Assembly (NCBI GenBank): GCA_964552475.1
Contig: CAZKFZ010000002.1
Location: 70,160-134,159, forward strand
DNA from: an uncultured Candidatus Saccharibacteria bacterium
GTDB taxonomy: Bacteria > Patescibacteriota > Saccharimonadia > CAILAD01 > BJGX01
DNA length: 64,000 nt
Reading direction: 5' to 3'
A model generated the notes under the pieces. The model was not told where the DNA came from, made no database searches, and was given only the letters and a program-made list of their open reading frames with translations. Within the stretch, counting starts at the first letter, position 1. Every line of letters begins with the position of its first letter. This document shows positions 36,174-45,903 of this stretch, one piece after another. The translations under genes were made by a program, and so were the position numbers.

Positions 36174-37525
36174 TGCAGATCTTTACTATTAATTATAAAT
36201 ATGTCACCTTTTTGAGCACCAAGCTTGGTAGCCACCTTAAAAACACCTTTTTTACGCAGTATTTCGCGCAGTCGCCTTACACCATCTAGTTGATTAAAAT
36301 TGGTGCGACGAGCAAAACGCTCTATCTCTTCACCGGTAACTAAGTATTTATCGTCTAATTTTTCTACATTCCAACCCAAAGATTCATCTAGCTTAATAAC
36401 CGGCATAGTGTCTTGGGGTTTTTTGGTTTTTTTAAGGGCTTTTTGAGCATCTTGTAACATTCTGTTGGCATTACGCATAAGCCCAATAAGACCCATGCCG
36501 GTAACGGCCGATATTACCTGGAGCCTATCTGGTGAAATATTAGTGTTTTTGAGTAGTGTTTCACGAATTTTGTTAACCTCGTTTTTGGGTTTGGTCTCGC
36601 ATTTAGTCAAAGCTACTATAAACGGAGTATCGCTAAGATCTATAGCGTAGTTTTTGAGCTCACCACGAATAGTTTGGTAGTCTTTTACAATATCTTGTGA
36701 GTTGATATCTATTAAATGTATTAGTAACCTACAGCGCTCTACGTGACGTAAGAAATCGTCACCTAGCCCCTTGCCTTTACTGGCGCCTTCTATAAGACCT
36801 GGTATATCGGCTAGCAAAAAGCTGGTATCATCTATATCTACTACTCCTAGGTTGGGCACTAGAGTGGTAAAAGCGTAGCCGGCTATCTCGGGTTTGGCGT
36901 TACTTACCATAGATAGTAGCGTGCTCTTGCCGGCGTTGGGCAGACCTACCAAGCCGACATCGGCTACTAGCTTGAGCTCTAAAACTAGCTCTTTAGTCTC
37001 ACCTGGTTCGCCTAGCTCAGCCATTTTGGGAGCTTGACGAATAGAGCTCTTAAAATGCCAATTACCAAAACCACCGTCGCCACCCTTGGCAATTACGGCT
37101 TCTTGATCGTTTTGCACCAAATCGGCAATAATTTCATCACCTTCTCTCACGATAGTACCTGGTGGAACTATCAATACTACTGGTTCGCCATTTTTACCGT
37201 GACGACGATTGGTAAAACCAGCCGAGCCTTCTTGGGCTTTCCAGAGCCGGCTGGTGCGATATTTGGTAAGCGTACTGGTATTGTGAGAGGCACGTACCAC
37301 AACATCGCCACCGCGACCACCGTCGCCACCGTCAGGGCCACCTTTGGAGTTACTACGACTACTATGAAAGCTAAGGTAGCCATCGCCACCTTTACCAGCC
37401 TGGACTTTAATAGTTGCTATATCTGTAAACATCTTGACATTATAGCATTTACTGATAAAATAGTCTAGAAATAGCGCACCTACAAAAAGGGGTTGATGGA
37501 TGACATCTCTATTAGAGCTACCCAA
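36167..37525 (-). CDS. obg: GTPase Obg/CgtA with a C-terminal extension
   Basis: Gly-rich Obg fold GKGGDGYLSF...GGPDGGDGGRGGDV. G-domain motifs GLPNAGKST and DIPGLIEGA. Confidence 0.85.
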   Translation of the reverse strand: MGSSNRDVIHQPLFVGALFLDYFISKCYNVKMFTDIATIKVQAGKGGDGYLSFHSSRSNSKGGPDGGDGGRGGDVVVRASHNTSTLTKYRTSRLWKAQEGSAGFTNRRHGKNGEPVVLIVPPGTIVREGDEIIADLVQNDQEAVIAKGGDGGFGNWHFKSSIRQAPKMAELGEPGETKELVLELKLVADVGLVGLPNAGKSTLLSMVSNAKPEIAGYAFTTLVPNLGVVDIDDTSFLLADIPGLIEGASKGKGLGDDFLRHVERCRLLIHLIDINSQDIVKDYQTIRGELKNYAIDLSDTPFIVALTKCETKPKNEVNKIRETLLKNTNISPDRLQVISAVTGMGLIGLMRNANRMLQDAQKALKKTKKPQDTMPVIKLDESLGWNVEKLDDKYLVTGEEIERFARRTNFNQLDGVRRLREILRKKGVFKVATKLGAQKGDIFIINSKDLQW

Positions 37526-37907
37526 CGATGAGTTTTTTCGCGAAGAAAAACAATATCTAGATGTAGTAGCTACTGAAGAAGTACAGCTAACTATTAATGT
37601 TAGAGGCGATTTTAAGTTTGTTTTTGCAGGTTATCCACGCCCTAGAGGGCTCGAAGATCAAATCTGGTCAAAACTAAGCCTCGAATGTGATTCACCTGAA
37701 GGACACTTCTCAGATGAAGGCAGAGCGATGTTGATTCAGCTATTGACTTTACATGACGCTATAAGCATAAAAGCAACTCCAAATAAGATTTCGGTTACAT
37801 TTGCTTTCTATGACCTTAGCAGTAGAGATCGCAACTTCTACAGAGGTTCAGTGGTAAGAAATATTCGCTTCTATTTGCCGGTATTAGGCACTAAAAAAGA
37901 CAGCTAA
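37500..37907 (+). CDS. Hypothetical protein (135 aa)
   Basis: ORF only. Confidence 0.35.
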   Translation: MTSLLELPNDEFFREEKQYLDVVATEEVQLTINVRGDFKFVFAGYPRPRGLEDQIWSKLSLECDSPEGHFSDEGRAMLIQLLTLHDAISIKATPNKISVTFAFYDLSSRDRNFYRGSVVRNIRFYLPVLGTKKDS

Positions 37908-37909
37908 TA

Positions 37910-38077
37910 ATGACCAAGCGTCAGATGGGAAAAGGCAAGAAAGGCAGGCCTCGTAGACCAAAACCAGGTGGCAAATACCAACGAATTATTCGTGTATCAA
38001 AGAAGGTAGAGGCTAGCTCAACAGTCTCGAGTGAAGACTTAGTACCAGACCCAACGGTCTATAAAAAGAAGGTTTAG
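37910..38077 (+). CDS. Small K/R-rich hypothetical protein (55 aa), not in the ORF track
   Basis: MTKRQMGKGKKGRPRRPKPGGKYQRIIRVSKK... ORF read directly. No SD. Followed by a terminator. Confidence 0.25.
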   Translation: MTKRQMGKGKKGRPRRPKPGGKYQRIIRVSKKVEASSTVSSEDLVPDPTVYKKKV

Positions 38078-38087
38078 CTTTTACAAA

Positions 38088-38125
38088 ACCAAAAGCCCCG
38101 GTTATTTTACCCGGGGCTTGTTTTA
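38088..38125. terminator. Bidirectional intrinsic terminator (gccccgg-ttattttac-ccggggc, T-rich both sides)
   Basis: Seen directly between two convergent genes. Confidence 0.6.
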
Positions 38126-38140
38126 TATTTGTTTTACAAA

Positions 38141-39331
38141 TTAATAGACGTATATGAAGTTACTGGCTGGGCCACTGCCCGAATTAACTCTACCCCAGCC
38201 GGCTGGGCCGTTCATTTCTGAGTAGTAAACAGTACCGCCATCTACACGCTCAATATATACAACGTGGTTGCCCCAACGGGTTACACCGGCTGCACCTGCA
38301 CGAGGAGTACTACCTACGCCCAGGCCTGCGCGTGGAGCGTTGTAAGGCCACTGATTGGCGTTACCAAGCATATTTGGCACATAACGACGGGTAGCAACAT
38401 ACCATGTACAGTAACCGTAGGCGTAAGTATTGCTAAACGAACCTGGTTTTTGAGCTCCAGACAAACTATAGGCAGTGGTTGCCGATGCGATTGATGATGA
38501 GTTGTTACCAGCAATACGCGCAGCAGGAGTGGCTATTTCGCTAGGTTTTACACCATCTGGAATAATGATTTTTTGCCCGGCCATTGGCGACTTACCTTCA
38601 AGTCCATTAAAACTGTCAATCAAGGCAGCATTAGCTTGATAACGTGAGGCTAGTTCACCTAGATTTTCATTACCGTTACTGTCGTACATAATACCCGACA
38701 CGGGTAGTATCGTAAGTCTTGCACCTGGTTTAATACTGTTTTCGTCTACAATATTGTTGGCCCATTTAATAGTGTCTGAGGTTATATTGAACTTACTAGA
38801 TAGTGAGCTAATAGTATCGCCATCTTTTACAATGTACTCTAGAATATCACGTGTAGGAGCACCAGCAGTTACTACTGGTTGTTTTTTCTCTAAAAACTCA
38901 TCGCCAGCAGTTGGTAATGAGCTAAGGGAACTTAAATCTTTGGCTTTTTGGTTGACATCGTCGCTTACCATAGCAGATGTACCATTGGCTAATACTGCAC
39001 CTGTAGCAATAAGCGATACTCTATCGTCTGACGAACTCACGCCGTTAGAAATCAAACTAGCTTGTGAACTCACGCGACCAAAGCTTACGGCAATAATTGC
39101 AATAGCAATAACACTAGCGTGAATAGCTAGTCTTTTATAACCATGTTTAGCAAAAAAGGCATTTTTTGATGCTGTAGTTATTGTCTGTATGAGATTGTGA
39201 GTTCGGGAACTTACTGAGGAATACTGATTGTTTGTAATAGGGGATCCAGTAAGTGTGTTTGTTTTGGCAAAAGTTTCTGGTTGTCCCACACCCGTGAAGT
39301 TTTCACGACGCACTTGAAGGGGCAATCCCAT
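38141..39331 (-). CDS. Secreted/membrane-anchored peptidoglycan hydrolase with LysM and CHAP domains
   Basis: LysM (GDTISSLSSKFNITSDTIKWANNI). C-terminal CHAP (YGYCTWYVATRRY...NHVVYIERV). N-terminal TM. Confidence 0.7.
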   Translation of the reverse strand: MGLPLQVRRENFTGVGQPETFAKTNTLTGSPITNNQYSSVSSRTHNLIQTITTASKNAFFAKHGYKRLAIHASVIAIAIIAVSFGRVSSQASLISNGVSSSDDRVSLIATGAVLANGTSAMVSDDVNQKAKDLSSLSSLPTAGDEFLEKKQPVVTAGAPTRDILEYIVKDGDTISSLSSKFNITSDTIKWANNIVDENSIKPGARLTILPVSGIMYDSNGNENLGELASRYQANAALIDSFNGLEGKSPMAGQKIIIPDGVKPSEIATPAARIAGNNSSSIASATTAYSLSGAQKPGSFSNTYAYGYCTWYVATRRYVPNMLGNANQWPYNAPRAGLGVGSTPRAGAAGVTRWGNHVVYIERVDGGTVYYSEMNGPAGWGRVNSGSGPASNFIYVY

Positions 39332-39663
39332 TCTCTTTATACTAATACATTTCTCCCTCCGTCAAATGACGGACTTCTACGATTTATCTGTCTCCCAATA
39401 AATGGGACTAGGAACTTCGACCTGAAGTTATTAATTATTAATTCCCTAATCTGATAAATTTCTCGTAGGAACACTTGAGTGAAGATAAGCCCACAAACCA
39501 CTTCTGGAGTATCCGTTTTACTGCTTATCTTTACTTAAGAGTACGCTCACTATACTAACACGGGCTCGAAATGATGGTCAAGTGGCATATTTTGCCTTTA
39601 TGAAGGTATAATATAGCTATTAACAGGTAAATTTGGGTAATTTGGGCACTTTTTGGTAAAAAT

Positions 39664-40770
39664 TTAGAGGTGATTTTTAATATTTTCGTTATGTTCTTGT
39701 AGGGTTTTGGCGTAGTAAACCTTGCCATCATCACCTGCCAAGAAGAAAATATAATCAGATGGCGTAAAGTTCATAACAGCCTCAATCGCATCGGTACTAG
39801 GATTGTTTATAGGTGTAGGTGGCAACCCCTTAACAAAATAGGTATTATATGGAGAATTTATTGAGATATCACCAGGGCTAGTAATAGTCTTGCCAGTAGC
39901 GTAGTTTACAGTTACATCACTTTCTAACTTCATATTGTCTCTTAAGCGGTTTAGGAACACTCCTGCGGTGAGTTTACGGTCGGCAGTAGTTAGAGCTTCT
40001 TTTTCTACAATCGATGCTAGCGTGAGTACCTGTAGTTTATTTAGACCTGCTGGACGGTTGCCCTGTAGTAATGGTTCGGCTTGGGCCCTAAAAGCCTCAT
40101 ATTGTTTTTTTACCAATACCTCGGCCGAACTACCTGGTGTAAAAGTATAGGTAGCAGGAAAAAGATAGCCTTCGGGGTTTGTCTTAGAAACTTGAGGAAT
40201 AAAATCAAAATCATAAGATAGCTTTTTGGTGGCAGCAATATAGTCGTCTTTGGCTCCGTAGCCCGCTGCAGCCCAACGCTTGGCCATTTCATTAAGGGTA
40301 ATACCTTCTGGGTAAGTTATTTTATACACCGCAATTTTGCCAGCCGACATGTCTGCCACAATCTGCCTAATTGAGCTAGTAGGCTTAATAAGATAAGGAC
40401 CAGGTTGTAAATGTCCGTGAGCAGGACCAAACTTAGCCCAGAGTACAAATACATTTTTGTCGCTTATAAGGTTTTTAGAGCTTAGCTCGGTAGCAATACT
40501 TTCTAAACTATCACCTTGTTTGACCTCAACTAACTCGCCATCAATAGAGATATCTGAACGCACCGAGCCTAGAGCCATTACAAACCATGCGATAATACAA
40601 AACACAATTATAATAACAATGCCTAGAACCCATAATATAAACTTAAAATAAGGTTTCTTTTTGGGGTCTGGGCTGAGACTACTCTTGTTTTCTTCTTGTT
40701 GCTTCTGTGGCACAACGGTAGTTTCTAAAGAAGGCTGAGTTGGGTTGGTAGGTCTGTTTGTAGGGTTCAT
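39664..40770 (-). CDS. mltG: Endolytic murein transglycosylase MltG/YceG family
   Basis: N-terminal TM. YceG-like domain (KITYPEGITLNEMAKRW ... GLPPTPINNPS). Confidence 0.75.
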   Translation of the reverse strand: MNPTNRPTNPTQPSLETTVVPQKQQEENKSSLSPDPKKKPYFKFILWVLGIVIIIVFCIIAWFVMALGSVRSDISIDGELVEVKQGDSLESIATELSSKNLISDKNVFVLWAKFGPAHGHLQPGPYLIKPTSSIRQIVADMSAGKIAVYKITYPEGITLNEMAKRWAAAGYGAKDDYIAATKKLSYDFDFIPQVSKTNPEGYLFPATYTFTPGSSAEVLVKKQYEAFRAQAEPLLQGNRPAGLNKLQVLTLASIVEKEALTTADRKLTAGVFLNRLRDNMKLESDVTVNYATGKTITSPGDISINSPYNTYFVKGLPPTPINNPSTDAIEAVMNFTPSDYIFFLAGDDGKVYYAKTLQEHNENIKNHL

Positions 40771-41162
40771 ATTGTTTTGTTTGCTAAATAATCTTCTAGA
40801 ATGATCTGGGCGGCAATTTGATCTAACATTTTTTTGCGTTCTGATATGGTGGCATTTTTACCAAGACGATCAAGTGCTCTTTGCGTACTCATAGCTTCAT
40901 CTTGCCAATCTACGGTTAGGTCGGTCTTTTGCTGAAGTTCTTGGCCAAATTTTTTTGCCGCAATAGTCTGCTTGGTAGATTCACCGCTTAAATTTCTGGG
41001 TAACCCTACAACCATCTTTGTGGGTTGGTGTAATAAAATTAGTTCCGGCAATTTATCCCAAAAATCTGGTGTATTAATAGTGATAAGTGGTTTTGATTCG
41101 CCATTTATAGCCAAGGCCACCCCAATGCGAGCAAAGCCGTAATCAAAACCCATTATTGTCAT
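40767..41162 (-). CDS. ruvX: Putative pre-16S rRNA nuclease / Holliday-junction resolvase-like YqgF
   Basis: GFDYGFARIGVAL start and (V)VGLPRNLSGE motif. Confidence 0.8.
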   Translation of the reverse strand: MTIMGFDYGFARIGVALAINGESKPLITINTPDFWDKLPELILLHQPTKMVVGLPRNLSGESTKQTIAAKKFGQELQQKTDLTVDWQDEAMSTQRALDRLGKNATISERKKMLDQIAAQIILEDYLANKTI

Positions 41163-42832
41163 TGATCAGTACTAACCTTAATCTCTACAGTAATGCGATT
41201 AGCAAAATATGGTAAATAAGGTAGTAGGGCTGGGGTTGTCTCGGCCTGTACCCCACTTACCTGTGAGTATTTGGGCTGAACAATTTCTACTAAACCTTTT
41301 TTGCTCTTACCTGCTACGTCATGAGCAACCTGATTAGTATCGATTGTCTGTCCATAGTAGGCATTGCTAGTTGCCTGCATATTTGCTTTCTCAGTCCCTT
41401 CTAGTTTAACAACAGTATATTTGGCGTCTGTGGCACCAGTCTGGTATATCTGGTTGTTACCCGGTACTTGAGTTTTGGTTTGAGCCTCAAAAAGCTTATC
41501 TAGATCGTTCTTGGCAGCAGCTAGCTCGGTGTATTTCACCCTAGCACTAACAGTACCACCAGAACTTTCGGTGTCAGCTGGGGCAGTGGTGTTAATATTG
41601 CTTACTTCGCTTTGAAAAGTTTCTACAAATACCTTTTGGTCGTCTTTACCTCGAGTCTGCAAATCTTGCTTGGCGCTCTCAGTAGCCGAGTTGATCATAT
41701 CTGTTTTGGCTTTGTCGATATCGGCTTGAGTCACTACTGTAGCAACCTTGGTGGTACCACCAGAAGTTGTTCCGGTAGCCTTATAAAGACTAGATAAACC
41801 ACTTATTGAGAAATTTGAACTACTTAGGTTGTAGCTGTCGCCAGATGCAGTAGCAGTGATATTAGAACTAACCGCTGCCGAACATGTCACCACACCACCA
41901 CCAGCACTTCCGGCCGGAATAGTCACGGCTTGGGTGGTAGCAAAGTTTTTGCCACCAGAGCTCACTGTACTACCAGCAGCCAACTGGTGAGAATTGGTGT
42001 CATCACAATTACGAATAGATATAGTGCCGCTCGCCTTGGCGCCAACATCTTTTTTACCTGTTGCGCTATACTGGGCACTAAGATCTTTGGTAGTACTTAT
42101 CTGATCAGCTGCTACTACTCCATTTTCAAAATCTGATTTTTTTGTACCGGCATCTAGAGTAAATTTAACATTTACAGGTGTTTTTACAGCTTTGGCTATA
42201 AGTGTAATCTTGGCGGTTGGTAAAAATACATAAGCTAGGCCAAATAGTATTATCGCCATTAGCACTGCTATAAAGATGGCAATTTTTTTATTGAGACCCA
42301 TAAAATTAGGGACTTTTGGTTCGTTGCTTTTATTGGCTCGCTTTTCTTTACGACTGGGTTTTGAGGTCTCGTCGATAGATTCGTCGTCTTCACTTAGTGA
42401 AATATGCTTTTTCTCAAAAGCACCACTTTTGCTCGAAGACTTAGAAGACTTACTCGACGACGGTTCTGATTGCGCTTGGCTTGAGGGTTCTTCTTGTTCT
42501 AGTACAACTGGCTCTTTGGTGAGCTCTGGTTGTCTGGTAGGCGCCTCTGGAATACTCGGTTCGGCTTTCACATTGTGAGCCATAAGAATACCTAACCCAG
42601 CAGCCAAGCTTATAGTGGCTTTATCGGTACTAACTAGAATAAGTTTTTTATGGCTGCTAGAGGCTGCTTTTTTCAGTAATTTAAGATTTACTGCGCTTTG
42701 TAGCATAGTACTGCGCGCTGGAACAGCTAAACGAACCTCACTAGCATGGCTGCTCTTGAGTTTATCAATAGCCTCGGTTATTTCAGAGTCGGCTTCAAGA
42801 TATATTACGTTGGGGTCGGTATTTTCGGGCAT
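41159..42832 (-). CDS. Hypothetical membrane protein with S/T-rich low-complexity ectodomain (557 aa)
   Basis: Long ORF overlapping ruvX by 4 nt. Central TM helix. Confidence 0.5.
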   Translation of the reverse strand: MPENTDPNVIYLEADSEITEAIDKLKSSHASEVRLAVPARSTMLQSAVNLKLLKKAASSSHKKLILVSTDKATISLAAGLGILMAHNVKAEPSIPEAPTRQPELTKEPVVLEQEEPSSQAQSEPSSSKSSKSSSKSGAFEKKHISLSEDDESIDETSKPSRKEKRANKSNEPKVPNFMGLNKKIAIFIAVLMAIILFGLAYVFLPTAKITLIAKAVKTPVNVKFTLDAGTKKSDFENGVVAADQISTTKDLSAQYSATGKKDVGAKASGTISIRNCDDTNSHQLAAGSTVSSGGKNFATTQAVTIPAGSAGGGVVTCSAAVSSNITATASGDSYNLSSSNFSISGLSSLYKATGTTSGGTTKVATVVTQADIDKAKTDMINSATESAKQDLQTRGKDDQKVFVETFQSEVSNINTTAPADTESSGGTVSARVKYTELAAAKNDLDKLFEAQTKTQVPGNNQIYQTGATDAKYTVVKLEGTEKANMQATSNAYYGQTIDTNQVAHDVAGKSKKGLVEIVQPKYSQVSGVQAETTPALLPYLPYFANRITVEIKVSTDQ

Positions 42833-43007
42833 AGATATATAATATTATAGCGTAATTGGCTTGTGCTTGCAGACAAATGCCTGCCAAAATATAACGAGCT
42901 TGAGCATTTTGTTGTGACACACATATTATACTTGTGTTTTTTAAGTAGTTATGCTATAATACAGCTGGATTTTCGAAACCTGTTAAGACGTACCTAAAAG
43001 GAGAGAG

Positions 43008-43385
43008 ATGCCTACCGACCCCATGGAAGCGTTTATGGAAAAGCATTGGCCAGCCTCTAACGCTACAGTACAGGCGGGGCGTACAACCACAGCCGTTGTA
43101 CAGACCAGCCAGACACCGGTTACTAGCCAAGTAGTATCTACTGATATACCTGAAGAAGTACAACCTACTCAACCTAAAAACAAGACCGTCGCTATTGTCT
43201 TGGCAGTATTTCTGGGATTTTTCACCTGGATTTACACCTACAAGCGCGATGCTTGGAAGTTTTGGCTCAACCTGGCATTAACAATTGTTACTTTTGGCTT
43301 GTGGAATCCGATTGCATGGATTTGGGCAATGGTCGATGCCTTCTTGAAACCAGAGGATTTCTACAAGGAGTTTCCCAACAAGTAA
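43008..43385 (+). CDS. Small membrane protein (125 aa)
   Basis: ttatgctataat promoter-like -10 and aaaggagag SD upstream. Two TM helices. Confidence 0.5.
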   Translation: MPTDPMEAFMEKHWPASNATVQAGRTTTAVVQTSQTPVTSQVVSTDIPEEVQPTQPKNKTVAIVLAVFLGFFTWIYTYKRDAWKFWLNLALTIVTFGLWNPIAWIWAMVDAFLKPEDFYKEFPNK

Positions 43386-43436
43386 CTCCAGTGTATCTAC
43401 TAAACCAAAGCCCCGCTTCACAGCAGGGCTTTTAAC

Positions 43437-44765
43437 TTACAAAGAAAGTGTGCGACTTAGACGCTGTAAAACATTTTCACCCACACTTTGAGAGCCAATA
43501 ATATCTAGGCCAAGATTGGCCAGACCCATTGGAGTAATTTCTTGTGGGCTAGTCAGTTGACCAGTAGTATCTATTACTCTATTGACCTGTGAAGGATGAA
43601 TAAAATCTATAGTAGGCTTGCGAGTAAATGGTAATCCTTTGTACCAATCAGTGCCAGTAAGAGCGTGTTTTATCTCAGGAAGCGCCGAGCCTCCTCCACA
43701 AAGCAAAATTCTATTGGGTAGGTGCTCGATACTTTCAAACTCGGCCAAACCCAACTCTACTCCACTTAGCCAAGTATCAACGTCGCTTTTTAGAGCTTCG
43801 GTAACAGCTTTTTCTTTTTTGCCGTCTAACTTGCCGGCGGTATGGTCTAGTTTAAGATCTTCGGCCTCATCAAAATTTACTCCCATGCTAGAACTTATGC
43901 GTTTAGTAAAACTGCGCCCACCAATAGCAAACATTTGAGTGCCTTCTACTCCTCCATTATTTACTACGGCAATATCAGATGTACCACCCCCAATATCTAT
44001 AAAAATAGCCGAAAATTCGGTACTGTCGTCAGCCCCAACACTCTTAGCTACAGCAAAAGGTTCGGCGGCAATATTAATAAGGTTAAGGTCTAAGTCGGCA
44101 GCAACCGTTTGTAAAGCTCCTAAATGAACCATAGGCGCAAAGGCGTTAAAAATTTGGATAGTTACATCTTTACCTTGAAACCCAACTGGGTTAGTTACTC
44201 TATAACCATCGATATGCACATCTACCACTGCAGCATTAACCAGTTTTACCTCTAACTCACGTTTACCAGTCTCCCAGCTAAGTTGTTTTTGAACTTCGTC
44301 AAAAGCCTGTTTCTGAATGCGGTCAATAATATCCATTAGTTCGGCTTGGTCAATCTTTACATCTGGTCTAGCTCGCCGATAACTAACGCTTGTAGTACCA
44401 CCCTTCACCAACTCTCCAGCAATACCAAGAACTGCATCTTTGGCAACAGTTTGGGCCATTTCCTCAGCTCTACGCAAGGCTGCATCGCAGTTTTCTACTA
44501 CACCAGCAATGTCAGTAACTGCTCCACCAGCCATATCGGTAAGTCTTTGGCGTTGACGACCAACACCTACTATCTCTACAGCTTGATAGGTTTTACCTGC
44601 AGAATCAGTGTGGTCTTTTATTTGACCGATAAGTGCCTTGACATATTCGGTACCAATATCAAGAGAAACCAAGAATTGTCCATTTTTTTTCTTTTGTTTG
44701 AAGCCAGGTAGTTTCATGTATTTATTAAAAATCCTTATGCTCATTGTATCAGGCTTGCAGCTCAC
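43437..44765 (-). CDS. ftsA: Actin-like ATPase, FtsA/PilM family (FtsA-like by length)
   Basis: VSLDIGTEYVKA phosphate-1. FIDIGGGTSDIAV and LCGGGSALP motifs. 442 aa. Confidence 0.6.
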   Translation of the reverse strand: MSCKPDTMSIRIFNKYMKLPGFKQKKKNGQFLVSLDIGTEYVKALIGQIKDHTDSAGKTYQAVEIVGVGRQRQRLTDMAGGAVTDIAGVVENCDAALRRAEEMAQTVAKDAVLGIAGELVKGGTTSVSYRRARPDVKIDQAELMDIIDRIQKQAFDEVQKQLSWETGKRELEVKLVNAAVVDVHIDGYRVTNPVGFQGKDVTIQIFNAFAPMVHLGALQTVAADLDLNLINIAAEPFAVAKSVGADDSTEFSAIFIDIGGGTSDIAVVNNGGVEGTQMFAIGGRSFTKRISSSMGVNFDEAEDLKLDHTAGKLDGKKEKAVTEALKSDVDTWLSGVELGLAEFESIEHLPNRILLCGGGSALPEIKHALTGTDWYKGLPFTRKPTIDFIHPSQVNRVIDTTGQLTSPQEITPMGLANLGLDIIGSQSVGENVLQRLSRTLSL

Positions 44766-44818
44766 AATAAACTCGGTATACTAGTTAACAGTTCTGTACC
44801 TTGTATTGAAAGGAAAAT

Positions 44819-45688
44819 ATGCTTGCGCGATTGTGGTACTTTCCAAGTCTACACGGCCAAGACCCAAAAGCAGTAAAAGCATTTAAATTTACTTTCGAGG
44901 TAATTACTAAGTTGCTTGTAAACTGGTGGGCACTAGCCTTAGTTTGGTTTGGTCAAAAAACCAAGCAGTTTTGGCTAGTAAGATTCGTTAAACAACTTCC
45001 TAACGCCATGAGTTGGTTTAGGTTTCCAGCTATTGTAGTTGTGTGTTATGGCTTAGCCAATTCTATTCACACCAATAGTCATAGTGATGCTACCTACTGG
45101 TTTATTGCAATGCTACTAGTAATAGCATTGGACGCTCTAGATGGACCATGCGCTCGCGACCTCGACGCCGTCACAGAATTCGGTAGTCGCCTCGACCCTG
45201 CATCTGACAAGTTCTGTTTTGCGTGTATAGTTTTGATCTATTGTGTTAGTAGCTTATTTGAGTACTCAATAGCTTTTTGCTTGGTGGCCTTTGGGCTTGC
45301 TATATGGTGCCTGCATGTTGAGTTAAAACTCATTAGGCTTTCGCTAGGGCCTTTCCGTAAGCTTTTAGATGAAGTAAAACAGTACTCTCCAGATTTTCGA
45401 GACCCTGGTGCGTCTACTGCTGGTAAAGTTAAATTCAACTTGCAAATGTTGGCCTGTGTAATTGGTTGGGTGGGGTTGGTATATTTTCCGGCCGACCCTA
45501 CAGCAATTCTGCTAATGGCCATTACTCTGTTTGCAGCACGCACCTTTGGCGATAAAAGCTTGGGCTGGCATCGGCGAGAATATATGGTAATTGCCTGGAT
45601 GAATTACATCATTAAGATAAATCCAAAAGTTAACATTGGACTCAAGCCTGTTAGCTCAAACATTGTAGCTTTGGACAAATCAGCATAA
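44819..45688 (+). CDS. CDP-alcohol phosphatidyltransferase family protein
   Basis: DALDGPCARDLDAVTEFGSRLDPASD matches D-x2-DG-x2-AR-x8-G-x3-D-x3-D. Multiple TM helices. Confidence 0.7.
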   Translation: MLARLWYFPSLHGQDPKAVKAFKFTFEVITKLLVNWWALALVWFGQKTKQFWLVRFVKQLPNAMSWFRFPAIVVVCYGLANSIHTNSHSDATYWFIAMLLVIALDALDGPCARDLDAVTEFGSRLDPASDKFCFACIVLIYCVSSLFEYSIAFCLVAFGLAIWCLHVELKLIRLSLGPFRKLLDEVKQYSPDFRDPGASTAGKVKFNLQMLACVIGWVGLVYFPADPTAILLMAITLFAARTFGDKSLGWHRREYMVIAWMNYIIKINPKVNIGLKPVSSNIVALDKSA

Positions 45689-45903
45689 ATATACCCTCAA
45701 ACCTGTTGGTTTGGGGTTTTTATTATCTATAAAATTGTTATGTTTTTTTGACAACTTTTTGTAATAGTTTTCCACACCCTGTTGTCAAACTATTTTGACA
45801 AATACATAAGCATTATATAGAATAGTCTTAAACGGGGTGGTACTTGGCGTTAATTTAACAAAATACTTATGGTATAATAACCTATAAGTGACATTCTAAA
45901 GAT

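Noticed and set aside
39332-39663. Definite ydaO (c-di-AMP) riboswitch call
   Set aside because: I could not match the conserved ydaO blocks convincingly by eye, so it is kept only as a low-confidence hypothesis.
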